The notes below the pieces were generated by a model. That model ran no database searches. It saw nothing but the letters and a program-made list of their open reading frames with translations, and was not told the origin of the DNA. Below are positions 50,894 through 60,508 of a stretch of DNA of 64,000 bases, one piece after another. Source of the DNA: a bacterium (GTDB lineage: Bacteria; Elusimicrobiota; Elusimicrobia; UBA1565; UBA9628). The DNA lies in assembly GCA_021799485.1 (NCBI GenBank), contig JAJZAK010000008.1, positions 5,569 through 69,568 on the forward strand, read 5' to 3'. A program made the position numbers and the translations under genes. How positions within the stretch are numbered: the stretch's first letter is position 1; each line of letters opens with the position of its first letter.

Positions 50894-53800
50894 TCAGCTA
50901 CGAGCTAAAAAATCAGCGGTTGTATTCCGAACGAGCTTTTCGTGGTAGGCTTGATTGGAGTAGGTCTTCAAGCAATCATAACAGGCCATTTCGCAGGTGC
51001 ACTGAGAGCAGATTTCTGCGCTTTGCGTCACGACCGACGCCCAAGCGTCCATCGCTTGCTTTACAAACCCCGCGCCGCCGGGCGTAAGGTCAAAGAAGAT
51101 TAGTTCGGGACGTGGTCGTGATATTTTCTGACCGAGCCATCGCCAGGACACTCCGATGTCTTGAGACTCGACGTCCAATACCCTGCAAATGCCTCGCTGA
51201 AGCGCATATGCGAGGGACTCGACAGACGGAGGCGGGGCTATTGGACGAGCTATCAAACAATAGCTTTGGAACACATGCCCATATGATATTTGCCGCCATA
51301 GCGGGTGGCCGCAACTGGCAGTGCCAGAGAACACACGAAGCCGTTTGTGTTTGCGTTCGGTTCGCGAGCTAATCTCCGGCTCGCTGGATCCACATGTCGG
51401 ACAGAGACTAAACCCACGCGCTTGCGGTCCGAGGTTGTATCTAAAGAGACTGCCCTCTTCTTTCATAGCCAATCGGAACAGGCCGTTGTCTTTGAACTCA
51501 GGATCCTCTACTGCGTCAATAAACTGCGTGACAGTTTGGCGCTGCCGCAACAAAGTTCCACGTCGAAATCGTTCGGCTCCGCCACCCTTGGAATCCAGAC
51601 GGACACTAAAGGCGGCCGGCTGGATATATGGCTTGATATCCTGTATGGTGATCGCGCGCCCGCACACACTGCACGAGACCTTGAGCGCGTCCTGCGTTGG
51701 AGCCGTGCGTATTTGCTCACAACTCCTGCATCGAGAGAACCAGCGACGGACCGGGACATCCGAATTGCCCATAATGTAAAGTCCTGCGCTCGTGAAAACC
51801 TTCTTATGCGCAATAACCTGTGCCCCTGGCGCAAATTCAGCAATTGCCAACCCACGTTCACGACTCAGTTCTACGTCGGAGTCTCTCGACCATCGAGTCT
51901 TTCCTGTTTCAAGACTAACAACGTCGAGCGGGAATGCGTATCGTGGCAAGAAACCTTCTCTCGCCATGATGTCAATAACGTTGCTTCCAAGCAACTCTTT
52001 GATAGAACGCTCGATGTCGGCAAGATGTTCGCCAAGCGCAACAAGTCGACCTCGTTCGGCGACTAACGCGGCAAGCTCTTCACCAAGCCGATTTATAACA
52101 TCACGGTATGATGATATTGCTCCTTCGCGCGCCTCGACGAATCCGCCGGCCGACGTAGCCACGGCTTTCCCAACTTCGGTATGAAATATCTGGACTTCAT
52201 TTTGCGCTGCCAGCCAAGCAATGAAGTCGAGAAATGTATCTGTGGGGCGTGCTTGAATCCACCCCGTTGGAATATTGCGGCGGGAATCAATAGGAAGGAA
52301 AACCTCGAGACGGATTTTTTGTTTGATTGTATCGCCGAGCACGCGCTCATCGCGGATTTTGATCCGCAAGAAATCCGCAAATGCGACTGCATTGAAATGA
52401 CGTTGCGCGATAATGCGATTGTCTACGAACACGGATGGGGTGCGGACTTCGCCTGACATCAGGAGTTGTGGCTTACTCCAAGCGTCAGAGTCATACTTCG
52501 TTCTCCGACACATGGTGACGCATACGGCGTTTTTATCCTTGCCTCTTCCCGCGCGACCAACTCGCTGGATATAACTCGCGCTGCTCGGGGGGGCATTTCG
52601 CAGGAGGACCTTTTGGAGGTCTCCAATATTGATGCCCATCTCGAAGGTGGTTGTACTACTTAGCAGGTTTAGTCCCTGCGCCCGGAAATCATCCTCGATC
52701 GTTTTAGCAAGGTCCTTGTTTATTTGTGCCGTGTGTTCCTCTGACCGTAGAGTGCTGAATGTCACTGAGCGATCGCCTGCTACCCACCTAGCGATAAGGT
52801 TGGCGTCGTCGGGATTAAACGTCGCTGCCCCTAATCTGCCAAGACAGCCCTTCTTCGGGCAGCAGCCTCGCGCGGAAAACGTGGTCACGATACCACAGCG
52901 ATCACATACGAATCGCGCCGTAGCCTTCCTCACAAAAATGCGTTCATGGTCGAGTTTCCATTCACCGCGGGACGGAATCAAAAGGACTTGCGTGATTAAG
53001 AATTGCCAGATCGCTTCCGCGATAGCGAGGATGTCCGTCGGCGATTTGCCAGTGAGCCGTCGAATGTAATCCGTGAAGTAGTTGTCGCGGTAAGAGCCGT
53101 CCACATTCTTTTGCGGCGTCCAGCCTACCGCGTTCCGACGACCTTGTCGTTCATGTAGCAGGGCGATATCAGCTGTAATTCGCCCAAAGGCTGGCGCATC
53201 AGGCAAGACGCGTCCCCTTGGCAGAGTGAATATCTTTCTCTGGCGAACGTACGCCAGAAGTGATTGAAGAGCCGCCGCCGAGTCTTCATGTGTTAAATGG
53301 CTGGGCTGAAGTAACGCATGGAACTTGTCACGTTCCGCCGCGGTCGTCTCGTACTCGACGGTCAGTAAACCGAAGTCTTCGGCTGATTCTCGCGCGGAGT
53401 CGGGGACGCCGAAGTATGCAAAAACCTCCGCTACCCACAAGTCCCGCTCGCGTTTTTTATCAAGCTGCTCCTCCGGCTTTCGCGAGGCCGGTAGAAATAG
53501 ATTCGGATCAAACGTGCTGGAAGCAGGGTCTGTGGATTCCGCGAGCCGCTCTCCCAGCGATATAAAGTCAATATGCTCGCCATCTTTAATGAGCGATACT
53601 ATTTTGCGGCCGAGATCATAACCGAAAGTCTCCTCCTCAAGGAGGGACGGAAACGCTGCGGCGCGCTGGCGGTTATCGGTAAAGCAAAGGAGCTTCCGGG
53701 CACGCCTCTCCGCCGATGAGGACGAAATATTGAAATGCGCCAGCGGAATCGCCATCGCGAGGCCAACTTCATCATCTGATTCTTGGAATCGTCTTACTGG

Positions 53801-55774
53801 CTCGAGGCCCGAAGCGTTGCGGCCGCCACAATTCGGACAGCAAGGCAAAAGCTCCTTATCACCACCATAAAGTTTTGTTTGGTCCTTGGACCGCTTGGAG
53901 TGCGGACATTGCCTGTGGAACACTAGCAACTCCCGAATCAGCGGCGGCGCACACTGACAATCGTCTCCGGCGTCGTTGTACTTCCGCTTCCCGCATATGG
54001 TGCACCACGGCACCCTTTCCGGCCTGTCAATGAGGTCTGCATCCTCCTCTTCATCCGTGGCGGCCTGTGACGGGAAAGGAAGCTCGTCCTGGATGCTGAA
54101 GTAGGTCCAGAACGAGTCGGCGGCCCAGCCGAGTTCAGTCGAGAAGGCATCAAAGCATGGCTTCGGCTCATCAACACCAGCCTCTTGATTGCGAGCACGG
54201 CGCGGCCCGAGGTCCTGCAGCGCGCCATAAAGATAACCACACTTTCTACACGAAACGAGTTCGACGAGCTGTGACCGCATCCCCACGGCATGGCAGTCAG
54301 GACAGTAACCTATTGGAGCGTCGGGCAGATGGTTCCGAGTAACGAACAGGCTTGGTTTACCCTCTCGTCGCGCAGGGCAGCGCGGCGATAAGCAGATGTG
54401 GAGCCCATCTTCGGCCTTCACAAAGTAGTGGAGGCGCGTTGGCAGTAAATCCTCAGTCGCTCCAAGTTCCTTTGCGGAAGCCACAACTTCGAGTAGCGCG
54501 TTAAGTGCTTCTTCGGCCTTTGGACTTTTTGGCCACAATTCGGCCGCAACGGACGCCAAGGGTTTCGGTACCGTCAGGATATCTTTCCTGAGTTTGTGAA
54601 GGTTTTCATCCCGAAGAAGTCCATCGAGGAGGTTCGTCCCTGGCGGCAAGCCAAGACTCTGCCCGGGGTCCTTCTTTGCTCGAACGTCTGTGGCGGCGCG
54701 GATGTACTGATCGGGGGACGGGCGAATAACCGGATTGGTGATCACCGGTGTGGCGATAGTCCCGTATATTGGGCTGCGCTGGTCAAATCCTGCGCCGAAC
54801 AACGCTGATGCAAATTCTCTAACCTTTTGAATACTCCGTGGATCATCCTTCTTGCCCAAAGTTGCGGACGTAGCGATACAACACACCTTATTCGCGTTCA
54901 GCCGATCCCTGAGGCGCCTTAGGAGAAATCCGATCTCCGTTGCCTGAACGCCGCGGTAGGCGTGAACTTCATCTAGCACAATGAACTTCAATCGTGCGTT
55001 TTCAAAGATGGGCGCATCAACGGGCCGCTCGAGGAGGTACTCCAACATCGAAAAGTTCGTTATTAGGATATGCGGCGGCGCAAGACGAATCTGGTCTCGG
55101 TGATTGAGACGATTTGAAATCTCTTCGCGGTCGCGGCGAAGTTGCTCGCGGAGTTGTCGCGATACTTCCCGTTGAAGCTCCTGTTGGCCGTGCATTTCCA
55201 CTTCGAGCCTTCTGCGAAGTGCATCTTCAAGCCGATTCTGATAATCCCCCTGCGTGCCTGGTGTCTGCCCTGAAAAGCGCGCGAATCGGATCGACGGATA
55301 CTCTCGAAGAATTTCTTCCCATTCGCCGAGTTGATCGTTTACCAGCGCGTTAAGGGGGTAGATAATGATCGCACGAAGCCCCGGCGTGCAGTCCCGGATG
55401 AGATCATCGAGAATCGGGATCTGATAGCAGAGCGTTTTACCACTACTCGTTCCAGTGGCTACTACTACGTTGCCGCCACTCAAGACAGCTTCCAGGGCTT
55501 CGGTTTGATGCTTATAGAGCGTGCGGTTGGACAATCGTCGTTCAACGGTTTGTATCGTCTTCTTATGAAGGTCAAGGGACGTTAAGGGCGCCCCAGGCGC
55601 ATACGCTTGGGAGCGTTCCATGTAGGGGCCGCGGACGAGCGCCTCGACATTGAGTTTCTCTTCCCAAACGCTTTTCGCGTGGCTGAACGCAGGATGAAAG
55701 CGATAGCGCGCCTTGAGCAGGTCAAGGTAAGGGACAAACACATCTGATCTGAAACGGGAAGTTAGGGATTCCAT
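50894..55774 (-). CDS. large SF2 DEAD/DEAH-box helicase with multiple zinc ribbons and a DUF1998/MZB-like C-terminus (DruE-like)
   Basis: YKHQTEALEAVLSGGNVVVATGTSSGKT (motifs I/Ia), FIVLDEVH (DEVH), TTTFEMGINIGDL and YIQRVGRAGR (motifs V/VI). At least 6 CxxC pairs. Terminal CSQCTCEMACYDC cluster. Confidence 0.7.
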   Translation of the reverse strand: MESLTSRFRSDVFVPYLDLLKARYRFHPAFSHAKSVWEEKLNVEALVRGPYMERSQAYAPGAPLTSLDLHKKTIQTVERRLSNRTLYKHQTEALEAVLSGGNVVVATGTSSGKTLCYQIPILDDLIRDCTPGLRAIIIYPLNALVNDQLGEWEEILREYPSIRFARFSGQTPGTQGDYQNRLEDALRRRLEVEMHGQQELQREVSRQLREQLRRDREEISNRLNHRDQIRLAPPHILITNFSMLEYLLERPVDAPIFENARLKFIVLDEVHAYRGVQATEIGFLLRRLRDRLNANKVCCIATSATLGKKDDPRSIQKVREFASALFGAGFDQRSPIYGTIATPVITNPVIRPSPDQYIRAATDVRAKKDPGQSLGLPPGTNLLDGLLRDENLHKLRKDILTVPKPLASVAAELWPKSPKAEEALNALLEVVASAKELGATEDLLPTRLHYFVKAEDGLHICLSPRCPARREGKPSLFVTRNHLPDAPIGYCPDCHAVGMRSQLVELVSCRKCGYLYGALQDLGPRRARNQEAGVDEPKPCFDAFSTELGWAADSFWTYFSIQDELPFPSQAATDEEEDADLIDRPERVPWCTICGKRKYNDAGDDCQCAPPLIRELLVFHRQCPHSKRSKDQTKLYGGDKELLPCCPNCGGRNASGLEPVRRFQESDDEVGLAMAIPLAHFNISSSSAERRARKLLCFTDNRQRAAAFPSLLEEETFGYDLGRKIVSLIKDGEHIDFISLGERLAESTDPASSTFDPNLFLPASRKPEEQLDKKRERDLWVAEVFAYFGVPDSARESAEDFGLLTVEYETTAAERDKFHALLQPSHLTHEDSAAALQSLLAYVRQRKIFTLPRGRVLPDAPAFGRITADIALLHERQGRRNAVGWTPQKNVDGSYRDNYFTDYIRRLTGKSPTDILAIAEAIWQFLITQVLLIPSRGEWKLDHERIFVRKATARFVCDRCGIVTTFSARGCCPKKGCLGRLGAATFNPDDANLIARWVAGDRSVTFSTLRSEEHTAQINKDLAKTIEDDFRAQGLNLLSSTTTFEMGINIGDLQKVLLRNAPPSSASYIQRVGRAGRGKDKNAVCVTMCRRTKYDSDAWSKPQLLMSGEVRTPSVFVDNRIIAQRHFNAVAFADFLRIKIRDERVLGDTIKQKIRLEVFLPIDSRRNIPTGWIQARPTDTFLDFIAWLAAQNEVQIFHTEVGKAVATSAGGFVEAREGAISSYRDVINRLGEELAALVAERGRLVALGEHLADIERSIKELLGSNVIDIMAREGFLPRYAFPLDVVSLETGKTRWSRDSDVELSRERGLAIAEFAPGAQVIAHKKVFTSAGLYIMGNSDVPVRRWFSRCRSCEQIRTAPTQDALKVSCSVCGRAITIQDIKPYIQPAAFSVRLDSKGGGAERFRRGTLLRQRQTVTQFIDAVEDPEFKDNGLFRLAMKEEGSLFRYNLGPQARGFSLCPTCGSSEPEISSRTERKHKRLRVFSGTASCGHPLWRQISYGHVFQSYCLIARPIAPPPSVESLAYALQRGICRVLDVESQDIGVSWRWLGQKISRPRPELIFFDLTPGGAGFVKQAMDAWASVVTQSAEICSQCTCEMACYDCLKTYSNQAYHEKLVRNTTADFLARS

Positions 55775-57885
55775 AGGTCATTCACCACTCGCGCACCGCG
55801 CGACTTCAGGTATCGATAGATTTCTCCGTTCGCTTCCGCGGGCCACTCAATTTGGACGAAGGGGGGCTCTCCCCGTTGGTCAACGATGGAAACTGGCGGC
55901 AATTTGTCCTTCATGAGGTGGTACATCTTCCGATAGAGGCCCCACAAGATCGATGGGTCACCACAAAACCTCATCGTTAGCCAAGGTGAATGAGCTTTCA
56001 ATATGGCGCGCGATTCAGCGATCGCCCAGCATCGTCCGCGTTGAATAATCAGGCGAACATCCAAGTACTTTTTAAGCAGGTAATACGAAACCTTCGTATC
56101 CGGAGCTATCACATGACTCGCAAGCGCAAGCTCATCCCACTTGAGTCCTTCGCGTGATTGAGCGAGAAGGAACCAAAGCAAGTAGTTCCCGGGGAGGGCT
56201 CGCCAGCACCGCTCAATCTCAATCCTTGGGTTCTCGAACCAAAGATCATATGCGAATCTGATTCCGAGCCGTGTCGCTTCAATCGTTAAAATTCGGTGAC
56301 CTTGGAGATCCATCGGCTCGAAGAACTTTCCCAACTCCCTGAGATTTGTGGCCTTCCCGGTGCGCACCTTCTCTAGAAGCGGACGTTTTGACCAGCTCCA
56401 AAAGAACAATTCGTAGTCCTCGAGGGCTTCTCCCCGTCTTTCCCACGAGCCGCCAGCTCTATGGCCGTCGATTTGGACAATGAAGTTTTCCTGGACGGTC
56501 TGCTCGCTGTTCGCGAAGTAGCCAAGCGGGACGAGTACGCACACCAAAGGAAATTTCTCAATGTTCAGCGAGTCGCCTTCCCGCCGGAATCGGGCAGAGT
56601 GCCAACCCTGTCCGACAAATAGTCGCGCCTGAACGCGCTTCCGAGTTCGGAACCGCAGCTCAGTAGTTTTAGCCCCATCGGCTATCGAGGCAGCCGCGAA
56701 CCTATCCTTGGGCCAAAGCCGCGTGAGATAGCAAGAAGTTCCGTCCGGCAGTTCATATCGATCATTCGCCGGGCAGTCCGCCTCTTCAAATCCCCGTCTG
56801 ACGAGCTGCACGGGCTTCGTGGCGATGAGCACGTAGCTCCGGAGCGGCAACTCCTCACGATTGGTATTTATCCAATAGCCGCCACGTTCCATATCGAAGA
56901 GGCCCCAGGGGTTGAGCCCTGGGAGCCGCACAGCTTGTGAGTCTGATTGAGCTGTTATGGTCGCTGGTATCGCGGGTGCGAACGCGGCCGAATCGATCGC
57001 TATTTCTGCAGGTGTCGCATTTGCCGCGAGAGGCCGCCCGGCAATGTTCCATGTCGCTGGGAGACGTTGGCGGTCCAAGCCGGGCAGGTGCAGCACTAGA
57101 GAACAGTTCTGGTCCTTCCAGACCAGGCGGGGCCGATCTCGGAACAGCGATTCAGGGTCATTCGGTTTAAGAAACTCGGCCGTCTCCGGCACTTCATCGA
57201 AGTACTCGACTCGGAGCAAACACGCCTGCTTCAATTGATCAACCGTCAGGGCCGGATCGCTTGCTAGACAACGCCTCGCATCGAGCATTTCACGGATAAT
57301 TTCAGTGCCGCCCTGTCTGTTGGAGAGCAGGAATGATCGCAGCCGCCGACGGCTTCCCGATAACCGTGTTACGGTGGTCTCCCATTCGTCGCCGGACAAC
57401 GACTGCCAATCTTCACGTGCGGCAGCCCACTCACAGAGATCGAGGAAGCCGTCCCATAGGGAAATTGGTATCCCAATATGGTGGACTGCTGAACCGACGT
57501 AGGACATTCGGGCATCGTTGCCAAGCAGCTTAAGGCCCCATCGCTGGACGGCGGAGCTATAGACTCTGTTAAGTCGATTGTACGCTGCAAGAGGAAGAGT
57601 CTTCTGGGGACATCCGACAGCTTCGGCAAACCGGGGCCAAAACGTGGCGTCTTCGTACTCGAAGAATGCATGTCCCCCATACAAGACCACCAAGCACGCT
57701 GGGAACGTGTCGGGCTTCGTGCGCCATAGGTCCCATGCTTGGCGAGTAACGCCGATAAATCTGTCCCATTCATTACGGTTCGGAATCAGTGGTAGAAGAT
57801 ATCCCGAGCGTTCTCGGACCGTGGCTTCCTGAGAATCGAGAAATTTACGGAAGGTGGACTCAAATGCGATGAGCTGCGTTGTCAT
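55762..57885 (-). CDS. 707-aa protein of unknown function, translationally coupled to the helicase (DruH-like candidate)
   Basis: 13-nt overlap with the downstream helicase gene. No recognised domains. Confidence 0.45.
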   Translation of the reverse strand: MTTQLIAFESTFRKFLDSQEATVRERSGYLLPLIPNRNEWDRFIGVTRQAWDLWRTKPDTFPACLVVLYGGHAFFEYEDATFWPRFAEAVGCPQKTLPLAAYNRLNRVYSSAVQRWGLKLLGNDARMSYVGSAVHHIGIPISLWDGFLDLCEWAAAREDWQSLSGDEWETTVTRLSGSRRRLRSFLLSNRQGGTEIIREMLDARRCLASDPALTVDQLKQACLLRVEYFDEVPETAEFLKPNDPESLFRDRPRLVWKDQNCSLVLHLPGLDRQRLPATWNIAGRPLAANATPAEIAIDSAAFAPAIPATITAQSDSQAVRLPGLNPWGLFDMERGGYWINTNREELPLRSYVLIATKPVQLVRRGFEEADCPANDRYELPDGTSCYLTRLWPKDRFAAASIADGAKTTELRFRTRKRVQARLFVGQGWHSARFRREGDSLNIEKFPLVCVLVPLGYFANSEQTVQENFIVQIDGHRAGGSWERRGEALEDYELFFWSWSKRPLLEKVRTGKATNLRELGKFFEPMDLQGHRILTIEATRLGIRFAYDLWFENPRIEIERCWRALPGNYLLWFLLAQSREGLKWDELALASHVIAPDTKVSYYLLKKYLDVRLIIQRGRCWAIAESRAILKAHSPWLTMRFCGDPSILWGLYRKMYHLMKDKLPPVSIVDQRGEPPFVQIEWPAEANGEIYRYLKSRGARVVNDLWNP

Positions 57886-58157
57886 ATCACCAACTTGATG
57901 GATGGGCGTGAACGTCAGTCCCCTTTGGGCCCATGGATGAGAGCCTCGATGGGAACCACCACGGCAGGTATCCGATCATTCCGTCAGACAGCATTTCGAT
58001 ACGCCGCACATTTTACCGCTTCTATGTGTGAATCGGGTGTCGAAATGTCAGCCTGCCGGCAGGCGTGTTGCCGCGATGCAAGTGGCCCTTCACGGCTTGC
58101 TACCCGAATTTTATGCGGCTCAAGGGTGACGTGGCGCCCCTTCTGAGTAATAGTCGG

Positions 58158-59132
58158 TCAGCGATCAAGGTACCAAAGGGTTTTAATGTCCTCTGAGTCC
58201 ACGCCTTTGGGCGCTGCCGCGGGGGGTTCCAATCGAACCATGCGTGCCGAGTCGCAAAGTTTACCGCCCAGTAATTCCTTCACGGGCTCGGAGAAAATCA
58301 AAGGAGTCTCCGGACTGACTTCTAGTAGACGCGAAGCGAGATTGACGGGGTATCCAATGTAATCGAGACGGAAACGATTGGGATTCTTCGGATTATAAAC
58401 GCGCAGCCTACAAACTTCACCGAGTGTGATTCGTGCGCGGAAGCCACCGGGGCGAGGTGATGGCCATTGAAGGATAAGAGATCTCATTCTCTTGATCAGC
58501 TCAAGTGTGTCGCGCAGAAATATTTCAGCGACCTCGGGAGCTGTCGCGTCGTCGGAAAGTTCCTTTACGAACATGACGCCATCGCCAAGCAATTTAGCGA
58601 AATATGATTTATCCAGACGCAATGTGGAAAACTCTGCATAGATATCCGTCATTGCGTTGCGTAAGGCAGTCTGGGTGAGCGTGGGGCGCTTCAGCCACGT
58701 AGAGAAAGAGATAATATCTCCGAACGCCACGATAATTTTTTTACGGGCCGCTTTGACTCTGGGTTTCGGAACGGCAAAAGAAGATAGCTCAATTGGCTCG
58801 TTTGGCCCTCCAACTTCTTCGGTGCCGTCCCAGCGCACGCCGCAACCCGGACAATCCAGCTCTAGTTTTCTGGCAACTTCAAGGACCTCATCAGAACGAA
58901 GGTGTTGTTTGCGCTTGATCTTTCCCCAACTCTCGAGCGCGCTTTGAATGATGTATTGCAAGGGGTGGGGAGTCGTGAGCCAAACGGCTTCTCCGTCTTC
59001 CCAGGGCATGCATGTGGCGCAACATTGCGCTTCCTCGAAGATTTTCTCGCGCAGTGCGTCAGCATCGCGCTCGATTAATTCGTTTTCGGACCTAGAGAGG
59101 GCCATTAATTCCTTTGCTCCGTCACCATTCAC
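58158..59132 (-). CDS. class III nucleotidyl cyclase with a Cys-rich N-terminal domain
   Basis: IIVAFGDIISFST (metal-binding Asp of the F.D..GFT motif), LLGDGVMFV (second Asp) and GYPVNLASRLLE (VN.ASRL motif). N-terminal CCATC...CPGCG. Confidence 0.7.
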   Translation of the reverse strand: MNGDGAKELMALSRSENELIERDADALREKIFEEAQCCATCMPWEDGEAVWLTTPHPLQYIIQSALESWGKIKRKQHLRSDEVLEVARKLELDCPGCGVRWDGTEEVGGPNEPIELSSFAVPKPRVKAARKKIIVAFGDIISFSTWLKRPTLTQTALRNAMTDIYAEFSTLRLDKSYFAKLLGDGVMFVKELSDDATAPEVAEIFLRDTLELIKRMRSLILQWPSPRPGGFRARITLGEVCRLRVYNPKNPNRFRLDYIGYPVNLASRLLEVSPETPLIFSEPVKELLGGKLCDSARMVRLEPPAAAPKGVDSEDIKTLWYLDR

Positions 59133-59164
59133 GACCTTATTGGTCGCGCCTCGCGTCGTTTGAT

Positions 59165-59240
59165 GATTCTAGTAAATCATCGCCAGAGGGCGTCTTGGCG
59201 CGAGGCGAGTAGTCCCTTGCGTGCAATGCGTCCGCCTCCT
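59165..59240. repeat. about 80-nt repeated element, copy 2, with a perfect palindrome GATGATTCTAGTAAATCATC, upstream of the cyclase gene
   Basis: 7-bp inverted arms with a 6-bp spacer at 59171-59190, followed by GGCGAGTAGTCCCTTGCGT, which is also found at 48764-48784. Confidence 0.5.
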
Positions 59241-59356
59241 TAAGCCGTGGAGACGGCACTGCCAAGGCCCCAGCCAGGGCGTGGGAGGGGTGTCCCAGGT
59301 TCTAGCCCAAGTGCTTTAATCTGTGCGGGTCGGAAGGTTGGTAAAATCGAACTACA

Positions 59357-60508
59357 ATGATGCGCGTTGACATCAAGCCCGAGCTTCTAAACTGGGCCTG
59401 TCAGCGGGCGGGACTCACCGCCGAAGCGATCAGCCATCGCTTCCCGCAGTACATGGCCTGGGTGAGTAAGGAAACCCAGCCAACCTTTAGGCAGATTGAG
59501 CAGTTCGCCAAGGCGACCTACACCCCGGTTGGTTTTCTATTCCTTCCCGCGCCTCCCGTCGAGCAAGTTCCGATCCCTGATTTTCGCACGGTTGCAAACA
59601 AGAAGGTTCATCGACCCAGCCCAGACCTGCTGGATACGATCTATATCTGCCAGCAACGACAAGAGTGGTACCGCGATTATGCCCGATTGTTGGGTGAGCC
59701 GTCGCAGTCGTTCGTAGGATCGGCACGCATCGGTGCCAGCGTTGTCCAAACTGCCAAGGCTATCCGGGATAAACTCGGCCTCAACATCCAAGAGCGTCAA
59801 CAGATTGCGACGTTCGTCGATGCGCTGCGCCGCCTAATCGAGCAGGCCGATTCGATGGGGATCATGGTCATGTGCAGTGGCGTTGTTTCGAGTAACAACA
59901 GGCGTCGCTTGAACCCGGAGGAGTTCCGGGGCTTTGCCATGAGCGATCCCTTGGCGCCACTCATTTTCATAAATGGTTCCGACACCAAGTCGGCACAGAT
60001 GTTCACGCTTGCCCATGAGTTGGCGCACATCTGGGCCGGGAAGTCTGGGGTTGACGACGCCCAGGCATCCTCCATCTCCGGCAACGAGGTCGAGAGGTGG
60101 TGCAACCAGGTAGCGGCCGAACTGCTCGTGCCGATGGCTTCTTTCCGGCCCGAATACGACAAGCACGCGGACCTCGACACCGAACTTCCGCGCCTTTCGC
60201 GGCGTTTTAAGGTGAGCACTCTCGTGATCCTCCGCCGGATGTTAGATGCGGGAGGGATTGCGCAGAAACAATTTTGGGATGCCTACCACGTTGAACTCGA
60301 ACGCTTATCTTCGCTACCTAAGCCCGATGGTGGCGGCAACTTTTACCTGACGACCGCAACCCGCGTCAGTAAACGGTTCGCCCGCGCAATCATCACGAAC
60401 ACCTTGGAGGGCCAGACTTTGCATCGCGATGCCTTCCGCATGTTGGGCTTCTCCAAGCTGGAGACCTTTCGGGAACTCGGGCGCGGACTTGGGGTGATCG
60501 TGAAGTGA
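59357..60508 (+). CDS. XRE-type HTH fused to an ImmA/IrrE-family zinc metallopeptidase (COG2856-like)
   Basis: N-terminal HTH region. HEXXH motif LAHELAHIW with a downstream Glu. Confidence 0.7.
   Translation: MMRVDIKPELLNWACQRAGLTAEAISHRFPQYMAWVSKETQPTFRQIEQFAKATYTPVGFLFLPAPPVEQVPIPDFRTVANKKVHRPSPDLLDTIYICQQRQEWYRDYARLLGEPSQSFVGSARIGASVVQTAKAIRDKLGLNIQERQQIATFVDALRRLIEQADSMGIMVMCSGVVSSNNRRRLNPEEFRGFAMSDPLAPLIFINGSDTKSAQMFTLAHELAHIWAGKSGVDDAQASSISGNEVERWCNQVAAELLVPMASFRPEYDKHADLDTELPRLSRRFKVSTLVILRRMLDAGGIAQKQFWDAYHVELERLSSLPKPDGGGNFYLTTATRVSKRFARAIITNTLEGQTLHRDAFRMLGFSKLETFRELGRGLGVIVK

Noticed and set aside
57895-58146. 83-aa ORF in the gap between the cyclase and the 707-aa gene
   Set aside because: Wrong strand relative to the surrounding operons. 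No start context or motifs. This is likely an intergenic or promoter region
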